Shown: positions 21,788 through 31,965 of the stretch, in pieces
Position numbering within the stretch: the stretch's first letter is position 1
Layout: each line of letters starts with the position of its first letter
Assembly: GCA_048939625.1 (NCBI GenBank)
Contig: JBHLPH010000004.1
Location: 32,001-96,000 of the forward strand
Length of the DNA stretch: 64,000 bases
Direction of reading: 5' to 3'
From: Promethearchaeota archaeon
Lineage (GTDB): Archaea > Asgardarchaeota > Hermodarchaeia > Hermodarchaeales > Hermodarchaeaceae
The notes under the pieces: generated by a model
The model's input: the letters and a program-made list of their open reading frames with translations, nothing else
The model's database searches: none
Told to the model about the DNA's origin: nothing
Made by a program: the position numbers and the translations under genes

Positions 21788-23040
21788 CGTTCTTTTTGGG
21801 CACCCGCTTGAGATGGAATCGTATACAGGACAATTGGAATCAGAATTAATCCGATGATTGCACCTACCCAATAGACGCCAGAAAGAGTAAGGCTTGCCAG
21901 TACAATTGCCATTATTAGAGGCCCCAAGGTTTGTCCAAGACGGAGCACTAGCCCATTTAGAGACATCACAGCAGCCCGATACTCAAGGGGAGCGAGATTC
22001 ACTAAGAGATTTTGAGTTGTAGGTATGGCTAGTCCCATTGCTACACCAAATAGACCGACTGGAGTGAGAATAAGAAGAAGGGTTGAGGCAAAGGGAATAA
22101 GAAAGAGCCCCAAAGCCGCAAATGGAAAAGCAGCGACTAGGATTACTTTCATGCGAAAGCGTTGTATCAGAAATCCGACCAGGAATGCGGTAATTGCTGA
22201 GGTTACTGAGATGAAGGAAACAACAAGACCGGCAATGAACGAGTTTACGCTAAACGCAGAGACAACTAGGAAGGGTAAGTAAGTGATTATTGCCCCATAG
22301 AGCATGATGAATATAGCCGTGCTTACAATAAATAGTCCCACTACTTGTTTATCCTGGAGGATGTACCCGATTTGCTCAAAATACTCACGTAAGGTCATTT
22401 CTTGATCGGGACAGGGATCTTTTAGCCAAACGATCGCAGCTAATCCGATTGGAAGAGCCAGAAGCGGAAGATAGAATGGAAAATACCAGGCAAAAAGAGC
22501 CAAGAACCCACCAATTGTAGGATAAGCTGCGGTTCCAATACTTTGGACACTCACATTATACCCCATGACCTGTGTGCGTTGTTTTCGGTGATAGAGATCA
22601 CCTATAACTGTAACATTAAGGGAACTAAGTGAAGCTGCACCAACTCCTTGAACAAATCGAAAAATTAGGAGTACAAGAAATGGCGAGAGCCCGAACATTA
22701 AACCTAAGGGCTCGGAAAAAGTGCAGGCAAAACCAGCGAAACCGAATAGGAGAAGAGAGGGAGCTAATACTCGTTTCCGCCCATAATGATCTGCTGCCAC
22801 TCCAAAAAAGGGTGTGAAAAGCACGCCTGGAATCGTGAAAACAATTATGAGTAAACTCACCATTCCTGGGGGTATCCCTAAGGCGATACTCATGGCTGGA
22901 AATGCCGGTGTGATACTAGCAACGCCCAAAACGGCAATCAGGGTGGTACCAAAAATGATGAGCAGATTGGCATTTAGCGAGGGTCGTCCCTCTGGAGCCT
23001 CAATTGGAGGTCCATCATCAGGTTGCATAATGCGCTCCAA
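21784..23040 (-). CDS. MFS transporter
   Basis: About 12 TM helices; motif A '[10 protein letters not shown]'. Confidence 0.9.
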   Translation of the reverse strand: MERIMQPDDGPPIEAPEGRPSLNANLLIIFGTTLIAVLGVASITPAFPAMSIALGIPPGMVSLLIIVFTIPGVLFTPFFGVAADHYGRKRVLAPSLLLFGFAGFACTFSEPLGLMFGLSPFLVLLIFRFVQGVGAASLSSLNVTVIGDLYHRKQRTQVMGYNVSVQSIGTAAYPTIGGFLALFAWYFPFYLPLLALPIGLAAIVWLKDPCPDQEMTLREYFEQIGYILQDKQVVGLFIVSTAIFIMLYGAIITYLPFLVVSAFSVNSFIAGLVVSFISVTSAITAFLVGFLIQRFRMKVILVAAFPFAALGLFLIPFASTLLLILTPVGLFGVAMGLAIPTTQNLLVNLAPLEYRAAVMSLNGLVLRLGQTLGPLIMAIVLASLTLSGVYWVGAIIGLILIPIVLYTIPSQAGAQKER

Positions 23041-23097
23041 CCCCTAACCTTTGATAAAAACGTTTGTGGATTACTACTTAAATGAAACAGAAGTCTT

Positions 23098-23538
23098 TTG
23101 AAGACTACAAGGGGAAAAGATAGCGGAGATGTGACTCGAGTGCGTATTGCTCACATTGGAATTGCCGTCAAAGATGCAGATACAGCCCTGAAACTATACC
23201 GTGATGTCTTAGGGCTAGAACCCTCAAGCGTTGAAATCGTAGAAACCCAGAAGGTAAAGTCTGTCCATATCCCAATCGGAGATTCGAGCATTGAACTACT
23301 TGAATCCACGAGCTCCGAAGGTGTCGTGGCGAAATTTATTGAAAAACGTGGAGAAGGAATTCACCATATCGCCATTGAGGTCGATGATATTAAGGCAGCA
23401 CTTACTCAAATGAAAGCTCAAGGATATCAATTGATTGATGAAACACCGCGAATGGGCGCAGAAAATATGCAGATTGCCTTCGTGCATCCCCGAAGCACTA
23501 ACGGAGTCCTCTTAGAACTCTGCCAATCAAGCCAATAA
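23098..23538 (+). CDS. mce: Methylmalonyl-CoA epimerase
   Basis: HIGIAV, IELLE, GEGIHHIA, FVHP..TNGVLLEL. Confidence 0.93.
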   Translation: MKTTRGKDSGDVTRVRIAHIGIAVKDADTALKLYRDVLGLEPSSVEIVETQKVKSVHIPIGDSSIELLESTSSEGVVAKFIEKRGEGIHHIAIEVDDIKAALTQMKAQGYQLIDETPRMGAENMQIAFVHPRSTNGVLLELCQSSQ

Positions 23539-23541
23539 TAT

Positions 23542-24381
23542 GTGAAACCCATGGAATCCCCACCCATTCCCCTCGAACCACGGAACGATCCTTTTCAGCA
23601 CGCTTTTAATAATACCTCAAAAATCGTGTTCAAACGCCTGCTCCATTTTTCCTCCCTCACTTCGACAAACGAATATCTGAAACCTTTAGCTAAAAGAGGC
23701 GAAATTGAGGGACTGGTTGTGCTTGCTGATGAGCAGACAGAAGGACGCGGACGATTAGGTCGATGCTGGCATTCTCCTGCTGGAGGACTCTATTTCTCCG
23801 TTTTAGTCCGCCCGATGACCATTCCTGCATTACAGACACCACTCATCACCCTAACTACGGGTTTAGCCGTCGCAAAGGTGATCCAAACCGCCCTAGGAGT
23901 CAACCCTGCTTTGAAATGGCCTAATGATATTATGATAGGTAATAAAAAAGTCGCAGGAATTCTTGTTGACTCCGCGTTTATTGGTCAAGACATTGAATAC
24001 GCGATAATTGGAATCGGTGTCAATGCCAACATCCCTCTTGTAGAGTTATCTGAGCCGCTTCAAAGGATAGCAACCACGCTTCAGATTGCACTAAATCGAT
24101 CTGTAAACATCCCGCGTCTGTTTGGCTATCTGATTGGTCAGCTTGAATTCTGGTATATGAAACTGCGTGATAAGGGATTCAAAGCTATTGAACCCCATTA
24201 TCGATCACTGAGTATGACATTGGGAAAAACTATTACAATTGACTTGGGTAACCAGAAGGTTTCAGGGTTGGCAAAGTCATTAGACCCTGACGGGGGATTA
24301 TATGTTCAGACAGCAGATGGGCCGCAAGTTTTTCGGAGTGGAGACGTGGTTTCCTCAAAATCGAAGCCAGACATTGAATAA
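23542..24381 (+). CDS. birA: Biotin-protein ligase
   Basis: STN, QTEGRGRLGRCW, LKWPND, KKVAGIL, GIGVN. Confidence 0.95.
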   Translation: MKPMESPPIPLEPRNDPFQHAFNNTSKIVFKRLLHFSSLTSTNEYLKPLAKRGEIEGLVVLADEQTEGRGRLGRCWHSPAGGLYFSVLVRPMTIPALQTPLITLTTGLAVAKVIQTALGVNPALKWPNDIMIGNKKVAGILVDSAFIGQDIEYAIIGIGVNANIPLVELSEPLQRIATTLQIALNRSVNIPRLFGYLIGQLEFWYMKLRDKGFKAIEPHYRSLSMTLGKTITIDLGNQKVSGLAKSLDPDGGLYVQTADGPQVFRSGDVVSSKSKPDIE

Positions 24382-24433
24382 TCTTAACAAGCCTTTTAGG
24401 CGTAGAATTCTCAGGAGCATTTAGTGAACTACA

Positions 24434-24826
24434 ATGTCATTCACTGGTTTCCAGCTTAATTTGGCTGTTCTAACGGCCCAAATCGATTTTATAGACGGTT
24501 TGATAAACCTGATTTTCGGTGCCTTTGGGCTAATTTTCGTTGTTTTCATTGCCATTTTCGTCGGTATATTCATTTTTGCTTTCTACATGATCTGCAAGAG
24601 CATGCGCGCTGCGGCACGAGACATAGATATGCCAGAACCCGTTCATATTGATCAGGAACTTGGCCATGAAAGACAATTAATTCGAGAAAGTCTTCCTGCT
24701 GAGTGTCCAAACTGTGATGCTCCACTGAAGTATAATGAAGTCATTTGGACAGGACCGCGACAAGCTGAATGCCCTTACTGCGGTACAGTTGTAGAACTCG
24801 AAGAAACAATCGTTGGAGATTCCTAA
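24434..24826 (+). CDS. Membrane protein with C-terminal zinc ribbon
   Basis: TM helix then CPNC...CPYCG. Confidence 0.7.
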   Translation: MSFTGFQLNLAVLTAQIDFIDGLINLIFGAFGLIFVVFIAIFVGIFIFAFYMICKSMRAAARDIDMPEPVHIDQELGHERQLIRESLPAECPNCDAPLKYNEVIWTGPRQAECPYCGTVVELEETIVGDS

Positions 24827-24906
24827 GAAAAAAGAAATTCCGGTGACCAGCCTATAGGTTGATCACCTGTTCACGTATCTTTATCGGATTGCGCAATGAT
24901 TCAGAT

Positions 24907-25284
24907 TTAGCTAGTCTTCCAGAGCAGGTGGATGTTGCAGTATTCCCGTGCCATTTCTGGCTTGCCTTTCATCGGAAAGTCTGCTTCGGGTTTTTGGCCA
25001 GGTTCGAGAAACTGCCGCATGATTGTGCCGTCTTTGACGACTTGAATCCATTCAATCCAGTGCTCATCCGTCATCGGGTGAGGCGTGGAACCGACGATAA
25101 CGTGGAGACCATCCTTAGTCTCTTCCACAACCGGCACATGCTTTTCTGTCTTGAAGTCAGCGGTGTGCTCTTCCATTAGTTTCATGGGTTGTCCACAACA
25201 TACAAGCGTTCCAGTACCAGTGTGCAGGACTTCGACAATATTTCCGCAAACTTCGCATTTGTAGATTTGGAGTAATTCAGTCAT
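24907..25284 (-). CDS. dfx: Desulfoferrodoxin (superoxide reductase)
   Basis: CEVCGN...CCG, EKHVP, HPM..EHWIEW, CNIH. Confidence 0.95.
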   Translation of the reverse strand: MTELLQIYKCEVCGNIVEVLHTGTGTLVCCGQPMKLMEEHTADFKTEKHVPVVEETKDGLHVIVGSTPHPMTDEHWIEWIQVVKDGTIMRQFLEPGQKPEADFPMKGKPEMAREYCNIHLLWKTS

Positions 25285-25326
25285 TTCATAATCACCAATT
25301 ACAGTACCATTCGACTACCGTGAGGA

Positions 25327-25602
25327 CTAACCTGTCCCTCCCTTTGCCTCCTGTTCTTTCTTCTTTTTGACCATTTCTTGGACATCATTGTAGATCTCTT
25401 CACCTACGCATTCTTTGGCGTATTCACAATACTCTACGCAGGACATCGTATCATTGTAGATGGTAAAGCCGCAGTTCTCACAGTCCATCTTCACGTCACT
25501 TGTAAAGAGTTCAACTTCCTCGCCGCATTTCGGGCAGGTTTTGAAGATGATGGTGGGTCGTTTGAGCGGTGCGGCACCAGGGCAGTCATCGATAATCTTC
25601 AT
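25327..25602 (-). CDS. Small Cys-rich metal-binding protein
   Basis: CPG...CPKCGEEVE...CENCG...SCVEYCEYAKEC. Confidence 0.75.
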   Translation of the reverse strand: MKIIDDCPGAAPLKRPTIIFKTCPKCGEEVELFTSDVKMDCENCGFTIYNDTMSCVEYCEYAKECVGEEIYNDVQEMVKKKKEQEAKGGTG

Positions 25603-25653
25603 GGTTACCGACTAAGAGTTAACATCGTTGACCTTAAAACCGGTTTGGTTTTC

Positions 25654-25956
25654 CTACTCTTCGGCCTCATCCTCTTCGCTAGTCTCGTCCGGTTCAGCAA
25701 GCGGCTTCTGCTCAGATTTTGATTCACCCATCGCATCCGGAGCATACCCTGCCACCTTCTCGATAGCCGCAATCAACTGGTCTTTCAATTCTAAGGAGAT
25801 ACGCACACCTTTTTTGGTGGGACGCCAACTCGCTTCTCCAGCCTGATAATAAATCCGAATATCAATTCCAAGGAATCCTTGCCACTCAGAAAGGGATACC
25901 CAAATTTTTTCAGTTTCACTCCGCGGTAACGCCACTGGTTCACCAACAGTCGTCAT
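25654..25956 (-). CDS. PC4/Sub1-like ssDNA-binding protein
   Basis: 'GIDIRIYYQ....WRPTKKGVRI' PC4 signature. Confidence 0.85.
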   Translation of the reverse strand: MTTVGEPVALPRSETEKIWVSLSEWQGFLGIDIRIYYQAGEASWRPTKKGVRISLELKDQLIAAIEKVAGYAPDAMGESKSEQKPLAEPDETSEEDEAEE

Positions 25957-26083
25957 AAAATCACCTTACCCCTCAATACTAGAATTCACCCTATAAAGAA
26001 TCGTATTCGTAGATAAAACAAGGAAAAGGCGGATTCGGCACTCCACATACGGGGGCCTACCCCCGCCATAAATATTCAACAAG

Positions 26084-26248
26084 CTAATCCGTCGGCTCGA
26101 ACATGTCCTTGCCAACGCCGCATACAGGACATACCCAGTCTTCAGGGATATCTTCGAACGCGGTACCTGGTGCGATACCTCCGTCGGAGTCACCGACAGC
26201 GGGATCATAGATGTATCCGCACGCTGTGCAGACATATTTCTGTGCCAT
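26084..26248 (-). CDS. Rubredoxin, 54 aa (not in ORF track)
   Basis: Manual translation [54 protein letters not shown]. Confidence 0.97.
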   Translation of the reverse strand: MAQKYVCTACGYIYDPAVGDSDGGIAPGTAFEDIPEDWVCPVCGVGKDMFEPTD

Positions 26249-26319
26249 GCTAGGTCACCTGATTTTGTTGGCTGGTTTCGTCGTTATTATTGTTTGGGTG
26301 TTATGAGTAATGCTGCGAT

Positions 26320-26904
26320 TCAGTAGGTTTCGCAGAGCACTTGGAAGTATTTTCGTGCATGGAAACAGGAAGGACACTGTTCAGGTGGTTCTTCTCCTTC
26401 ATGGATGTACCCGCATTCCCGGCACACCCATTTGGTTGGTTGTTTCTTCTTGAAGACAGTTTTCGCTTCGACTTCTTTGAGGAGTTGGGTGTAGCGCGTG
26501 GCGTGGTGAACTTCTGCGTGGGCGATAGAGCGAACTTGTTTGGCAATTGCTTTGAACCCTTCCGCTTCAGCCGTGTCTGCGATTTCGGGATACATCTTAG
26601 TGTGTTCGTAGGTTTCGCCTTCGATGGCGGCTTTAAGATTGTCGATTGTTGTGCCGACTTTCAAGGGAGCGAGCGCGTCAACTGTGATTTCAGGCATAGG
26701 CTTGCCAGTTTGTTGCATGACAGTATGTGCAGCACGCCAAAAGTTTTTAGCGTGGACACGTTCATTATCGGCAGTAACATTGAAGATTTCGGAGATTTGT
26801 TCGTAACCTTCATTTCGGGCAATTTTTGAATAGATATTGTAGCGATTTCGGGCTTGACTTTCGCCGATAAAGGCTTGGACGAGTCCGATTAACGTTTTGG
26901 ACAT
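26320..26904 (-). CDS. rbr: Rubrerythrin
   Basis: GESQARNRY, ExxH pairs, C-terminal CRECGY...CPSC. Confidence 0.95.
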   Translation of the reverse strand: MSKTLIGLVQAFIGESQARNRYNIYSKIARNEGYEQISEIFNVTADNERVHAKNFWRAAHTVMQQTGKPMPEITVDALAPLKVGTTIDNLKAAIEGETYEHTKMYPEIADTAEAEGFKAIAKQVRSIAHAEVHHATRYTQLLKEVEAKTVFKKKQPTKWVCRECGYIHEGEEPPEQCPSCFHARKYFQVLCETY

Positions 26905-27049
26905 AGGGTTCTAACCTCGTTGTTGTATCAATAGGAGTCTGGTTAAGAATCTTTGTGATTTCTAAGCGTTGGGATTTTATCTAAGCACATGGGTTTAAGA
27001 GGAGTGGCTATAGTAGAGAAACCACCCAGTGTAACTAGGAGATGCAAGT

Positions 27050-28609
27050 ATGCCTTCTGACGTGATAAAAAAGAAAATGAAGGAGCTCAACAAGCGCCTA
27101 GATAAAGCTCACCAAGGTGGCGGAAAAGAGCGGATTGAGAAGCAACATAAAACCGGAAAAATGACTGCCCGGGAACGGATTGACCGATTGCTGGATTCGG
27201 GGAGTTTTATGGAATTCGATGCCCTTGTCGAACATCGGTGCACAGAATTCAAAATGGACAAAAACAAAATCCCCGGTGATGGCGTCGTTACAGGCTACGG
27301 TACAATCGATGACCGTCTAGTGTTTGTTTTTAGCCAGGATTTCACCGTGTTTGGCGGAGCACTTGGCGAGATGTTCGGTGAAAAAGTCACCAAGATTATG
27401 GATCTCGCCCTTGAGGCAGGTGCACCCGTCATTGGATTGAATGATTCAGGCGGTGCACGGATTCAGGAAGGCGTAGCTAGCCTTGGGGCATATGGAGAGA
27501 TCTTTTATCGAAACGTTATTGCTTCTGGTGTTATTCCACAAATAAGCGCCATTATGGGACCCTGTGCGGGAGGTGCCGTGTATAGCCCTGCGGTCACTGA
27601 TTTTACGCTGATGGTAAAAAACACAAGCCGCATGTTTATCACAGGACCTAATGTCATCAAAGCCGTAACCGGTGAAGTCATTTCTTTTGAAGAACTGGGT
27701 GGAGCCATGGCACACAACATCAAAAGCGGTGTTGCACAATTTGCCGCAGAAAATGAGGAACATTGTCTCCAACTAATTCGCGACCTGCTATCCTATCTAC
27801 CATCTAACAACGTGGAAGATCCCCCTTATGTTGAACCTACCGATGACCCCCGACGGACGGACCCAGCGTTAAATGAACTACTTCCAGATGATACAACCAC
27901 GCCCTACAATATGAAGCAAGCCATTCTAAGTGTGGCGGATAACCACCAATTCTTGGAGGTCCATGAACACTTTGCTCAGAACATGGTAGTAGGCTTCATC
28001 CGCCTAAATGGTCATCCAGTGGGTGTGGTGGCAAACCAACCAAATTATCTGGCTGGAACCTTAGACATCAATGCGTCGGACAAATGTGCACGGTTTGTCC
28101 GGTTCTGTGATGCGTTTAATATTCCAGTCCTTACCTTTATGGATGTGCCAGGCTTTCTTCCAGGTGTAGATCAGGAACATCGCGGAATCATTCGACACGG
28201 AGCTAAGATTCTTTTTGCATATGCAGAGGCAACAGTGCCTAAGGTGACAGTGATTACCCGGAAAGCTATTGGAGGTGCGTATGTTGTGTTAGGATCTAAA
28301 CATCTTCGAGCAGATGTTGTCTATGCTTGGCCAACTACCGAAATGGCAGTTATGGGTCCTGAAGGCGCAGCGAATATTATTTTCCGTCGTGAAATCGAAA
28401 AATCCAAGGATCCAGAGGCGACCCGCGCTAAACGAATTCAGGAATACCGTGAACGCTTTGCGAATCCCTATTCGGGTGCAGTACGAGGATTCATCGATGA
28501 GGTCATTGAGCCTGCCATTACGCGGTCCCGTGTTATTGCAGCCCTTGAGATGCTGCGGACAAAACGCCAAGTGTTACCCAGAAAGAAGCATGGGAATTGT
28601 CCCCTCTAG
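27050..28609 (+). CDS. Acyl-CoA carboxyltransferase (PccB / transcarboxylase 12S / MmdA type)
   Basis: [37 protein letters not shown]. Confidence 0.95.
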   Translation: MPSDVIKKKMKELNKRLDKAHQGGGKERIEKQHKTGKMTARERIDRLLDSGSFMEFDALVEHRCTEFKMDKNKIPGDGVVTGYGTIDDRLVFVFSQDFTVFGGALGEMFGEKVTKIMDLALEAGAPVIGLNDSGGARIQEGVASLGAYGEIFYRNVIASGVIPQISAIMGPCAGGAVYSPAVTDFTLMVKNTSRMFITGPNVIKAVTGEVISFEELGGAMAHNIKSGVAQFAAENEEHCLQLIRDLLSYLPSNNVEDPPYVEPTDDPRRTDPALNELLPDDTTTPYNMKQAILSVADNHQFLEVHEHFAQNMVVGFIRLNGHPVGVVANQPNYLAGTLDINASDKCARFVRFCDAFNIPVLTFMDVPGFLPGVDQEHRGIIRHGAKILFAYAEATVPKVTVITRKAIGGAYVVLGSKHLRADVVYAWPTTEMAVMGPEGAANIIFRREIEKSKDPEATRAKRIQEYRERFANPYSGAVRGFIDEVIEPAITRSRVIAALEMLRTKRQVLPRKKHGNCPL

Positions 28610-28678
28610 CGACAATTAACTAAAATTCAATATATCGCAGAGGATTTCAGACTCTACATAAGCTTATAACTCAGCCCT

Positions 28679-29293
28679 ATGAAGGGAGTACAATACACCC
28701 CCGGCAGAGCTAGGGCGCTTCGGGAGAAATACATGATGAAATGTCCTCATTGTGGTGCAACTGTTAAAGAATTTGATACCTTTTGCTATGCCTGTGGCGC
28801 TGCCCTCGATTCAACTGAAAGTGAATTGGGAAAACCAGTAAGCAAAGCTGAGGAATTCAGCCCAGCGCCAAAGCCACCTCGATATGATTCGATGGATTTT
28901 AGTTTTGCAGGATTCTGGAAACGATTTGCCGCGTGGATAATCGATTTCATTCTTTTGTCCATCTTCGCGATTCCACTTTCCTTTATCTTGGCTTTTGTGC
29001 CTTTTCCTTGGGGATCGTTCATTTCGCTTCCGATTTCTATTTTGATTAGCCTCTTGTATTATGGGTTGCAGGAAAGCTCCGTGCATCAAGCGACCATTGG
29101 GAAACGGGCTCTCGGCATTATTGTAACAGATAATTATGGGAACCGTATAACCTTTGGTCGTGCAGCCGCCCGTGACCTTTCTAAGATTATTTCAGGTCTA
29201 ACACTTGGTATTGGCTTCTTGATCATTGGATTTACTGAGAAGAAACAAGGGCTTCACGATATGATTGTAGGTTGTCTAGTAATCAACAAGTAA
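28679..29293 (+). CDS. Zinc-ribbon plus RDD family membrane protein
   Basis: CPHCG..FCYACG; AGFWKRFAAWIID; GLHD. Confidence 0.88.
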   Translation: MKGVQYTPGRARALREKYMMKCPHCGATVKEFDTFCYACGAALDSTESELGKPVSKAEEFSPAPKPPRYDSMDFSFAGFWKRFAAWIIDFILLSIFAIPLSFILAFVPFPWGSFISLPISILISLLYYGLQESSVHQATIGKRALGIIVTDNYGNRITFGRAAARDLSKIISGLTLGIGFLIIGFTEKKQGLHDMIVGCLVINK

Positions 29294-29444
29294 CCTCTAC
29301 TTCTTAGTCCTGATAGAAGCAGTGGCAGTTAACAGGGATGAATCCAACTTACGGATCACAGAAGCATGGACAGACAGAAGACTAAAAACTGGTAGTGATT
29401 ATTAGCACCTATCGCCCACCATGAGAAGGTGAAGTAATATCACC

Positions 29445-30956
29445 ATGACCACCACGGTTTCAAAACCCATCAAATTTACCGATACAACCTTTCGGGATGC
29501 ACATCAATCCTTACTCGCGACTCGTATGCGAACTGAAGATATGCTTCCGATTGCTGAGAAGATGGACAAGGTGGGCTTTAATTCCATGGAGGTCTGGGGA
29601 GGCGCCACTTTTGATGCCCCATTGCGATTCTTGAAGGAGAATCCCTGGGGGCGTCTCCGACAACTGCGAGCGGTCATCAAGAAGACGAAGCTGCAGATGT
29701 TATTAAGGGGACAAAACATTGTGGGGTATCGGCATTATCCCGATGATACCGTTCGTGAATTTGTGGAACTTGCTGCTCACAACGGCATCGATATCTTTCG
29801 CGTCTTTGACGCATTAAACGATCCTCGTAACATGAAAACAGCGTTAAAAGCAATTCACAAGGTTGGAGCACATGCCCAGCTTAGTTTTAGTTACACTATT
29901 AGCCCTGTGCATAATGTTGAATCTTTTGTAGAGCAGGCCAAGAACCTTGAAGCGATGGGAGCAGATTCAATCTGTATAAAGGATATGGCGGGTTTACTGA
30001 GTCCATTTATTGCCCGAGAACTCGTGATCCGCCTCAAAGAGGAAATCACAGTCCCGATTCAACTCCACTCCCATTATACTTCGGGCATGGCCAGTATGAG
30101 TTACCTTGAAGCAATCAAAGCTGGTGTGGATGTTGTCGATACCGCGATTTCATCCCTTGCTCAATCCACATCTCAACCCCCGCTAGAAACAATGGTTGCA
30201 GTCTTAGAAGGAACCCCATGGGACTCGCACCTAAATCTTGAGTTGCTGTCAGAAATCGCGGCTTATATCCATGATGTCCGGGAACGCTATGAAGCCTATG
30301 AATGCGGAATGGTGGGAGTTGACACGAATGTGCTACAATTTCAAGTTCCAGGTGGCATGATGTCCAACCTAATAAACCAGTTACGTGAACAAAACGCATT
30401 AGACCGTTTGCAAGATGTATTGGATGAAGTACCACGAGTACGAAAGGAAATGGGATATCCCCCGCTGGTAACCCCTTCTAGCCAGATTGTGGGCACCCAA
30501 GCGACACTGAACGTGTTATTAGGTGAACGCTACAAAACCATCCCTGAGGAAGTGAAACAGTATGTTCGTGGATATTATGGTCGCCCACCGGCCCCCATAG
30601 ATCCGAAAATTCAGAAACTCGTGATAGGTAACGAAGAACCAATTACGTGTCGTCCCGCGGATCTACTTGAACCTGCCATTCCCAAGGCACGTAAAGAGCT
30701 GAAAGGAATCACTTCCGAAATGGAAGATATCATTGCCTATATCCTATTTCCTCAACCTGCTCTCGAGTTCTTCGAACACCGTAAATCAAAGGAAGCCTTA
30801 GAGAAGCTTACACCAGAGATTTTGGCTGCAATCACGGCTGCACTCCTAGAAAAACAGCCTAACCAACCTCAAATGCCAAGTTTCCGTCGTCCAAACACAA
30901 ATGGAATTAATGCATGGGTTCTGGCAGGGCGACGAGAAGCAATGGGTTATGATTGA
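29445..30956 (+). CDS. Pyruvate/oxaloacetate carboxyltransferase (transcarboxylase 5S / PycB type) with C-terminal delta/epsilon-like extension
   Basis: RDAHQSLLATR, WGGATFD, IKDMAG, HSH, VTPSSQIVG; no biotinyl domain. Confidence 0.9.
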   Translation: MTTTVSKPIKFTDTTFRDAHQSLLATRMRTEDMLPIAEKMDKVGFNSMEVWGGATFDAPLRFLKENPWGRLRQLRAVIKKTKLQMLLRGQNIVGYRHYPDDTVREFVELAAHNGIDIFRVFDALNDPRNMKTALKAIHKVGAHAQLSFSYTISPVHNVESFVEQAKNLEAMGADSICIKDMAGLLSPFIARELVIRLKEEITVPIQLHSHYTSGMASMSYLEAIKAGVDVVDTAISSLAQSTSQPPLETMVAVLEGTPWDSHLNLELLSEIAAYIHDVRERYEAYECGMVGVDTNVLQFQVPGGMMSNLINQLREQNALDRLQDVLDEVPRVRKEMGYPPLVTPSSQIVGTQATLNVLLGERYKTIPEEVKQYVRGYYGRPPAPIDPKIQKLVIGNEEPITCRPADLLEPAIPKARKELKGITSEMEDIIAYILFPQPALEFFEHRKSKEALEKLTPEILAAITAALLEKQPNQPQMPSFRRPNTNGINAWVLAGRREAMGYD

Positions 30957-30978
30957 CATTAAACATTGAGGGAAAGCA

Positions 30979-31560
30979 GTGACACGAAAATACAAACTAA
31001 CGGTCAACAGCAAAATCGTTGACGTCGAGGTTGAGGGTCCCATCAATGGAATCCTCATTGTTACTATAGGTGAGACTTCGTTTCCCGTGCAAATTAAAGA
31101 CGGTGATACTCAATTAGAAAAATTCGATATTAAAGTAGGCAACGTTAAACACACAATTAGCCTTACACCAAATCCCAATACCTCAGAATTCACGATTAAA
31201 ATCAATAAGGAAACCTATACCGCCTTCTTAGCTAGAGAATCTGTAACACCTTCCCGAAGCATTCGAGCACCAACAATTACTACTGCTCCAACTAGCTTCA
31301 CACCCTCCACTCAGCCTTCAACGGAACCACCCCAAGAATCCGCCGAACCAGGCACAGTAACCGCCCCCTTACCGGGACGTGTTCTCGAAGTCTGTGTAAA
31401 AGAAGCGGATGTCGTCAAACTCGGCGATGTCTTGCTGGTGTTAGAAGCTATGAAAATGGCAAACGAAATTCGCGCCCCTCAAGACGGAACTGTTAAACAT
31501 ATCCATGTTGAAGCTGGAACAGCTGTAGAAAAAGGACAGCCCATGATAAGCTTCCAGTGA
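30979..31560 (+). CDS. Biotin carboxyl carrier protein
   Basis: APLPG...EAMKM biotinylation motif. Confidence 0.95.
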   Translation: MTRKYKLTVNSKIVDVEVEGPINGILIVTIGETSFPVQIKDGDTQLEKFDIKVGNVKHTISLTPNPNTSEFTIKINKETYTAFLARESVTPSRSIRAPTITTAPTSFTPSTQPSTEPPQESAEPGTVTAPLPGRVLEVCVKEADVVKLGDVLLVLEAMKMANEIRAPQDGTVKHIHVEAGTAVEKGQPMISFQ

Positions 31561-31965
31561 ATTGATTGCGATTAAAGCAACTCTGACACAATGAATCTGT
31601 GATGTGAGAAGCCTTTAAGAATAATCTTTGGGCAAACCAGTCTGGGGTATCGATAGGTATGGCTTGCCCTATGTATGATGCCGAAAATAATGTATGCCAG
31701 CAACTTCAGCGAAACTTTCCTGAAGGTGCTCGAACTCCCTGTGAGTTCGTTAATGATCCTTCTCAATGTCCCATCTGTATGATGTGTTCATAGTCTGCAG
31801 ATGGGATTTATTTCCTTATCAGCTACTCAAGATACTATCTAAGCCTAAGTCCATCAAGTAGAGGTCAGATTGTCTATTGCCAAAACCATTAAAACCGCAG
31901 CATCCTAACTGAAGAAACAAGAGACCATTTCTCACATGGTCAGTTCCTTGTGATGGCGACGTCTG

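Noticed and set aside
25966-26235. 89-aa ORF from the track
   Set aside because: Alternative frame of the real rubredoxin gene (26084-26248).
31572-31900. Possible gene or remnant in the spacer before the second mutase
   Set aside because: Frames checked by hand are interrupted by stops or have no recognisable motif.
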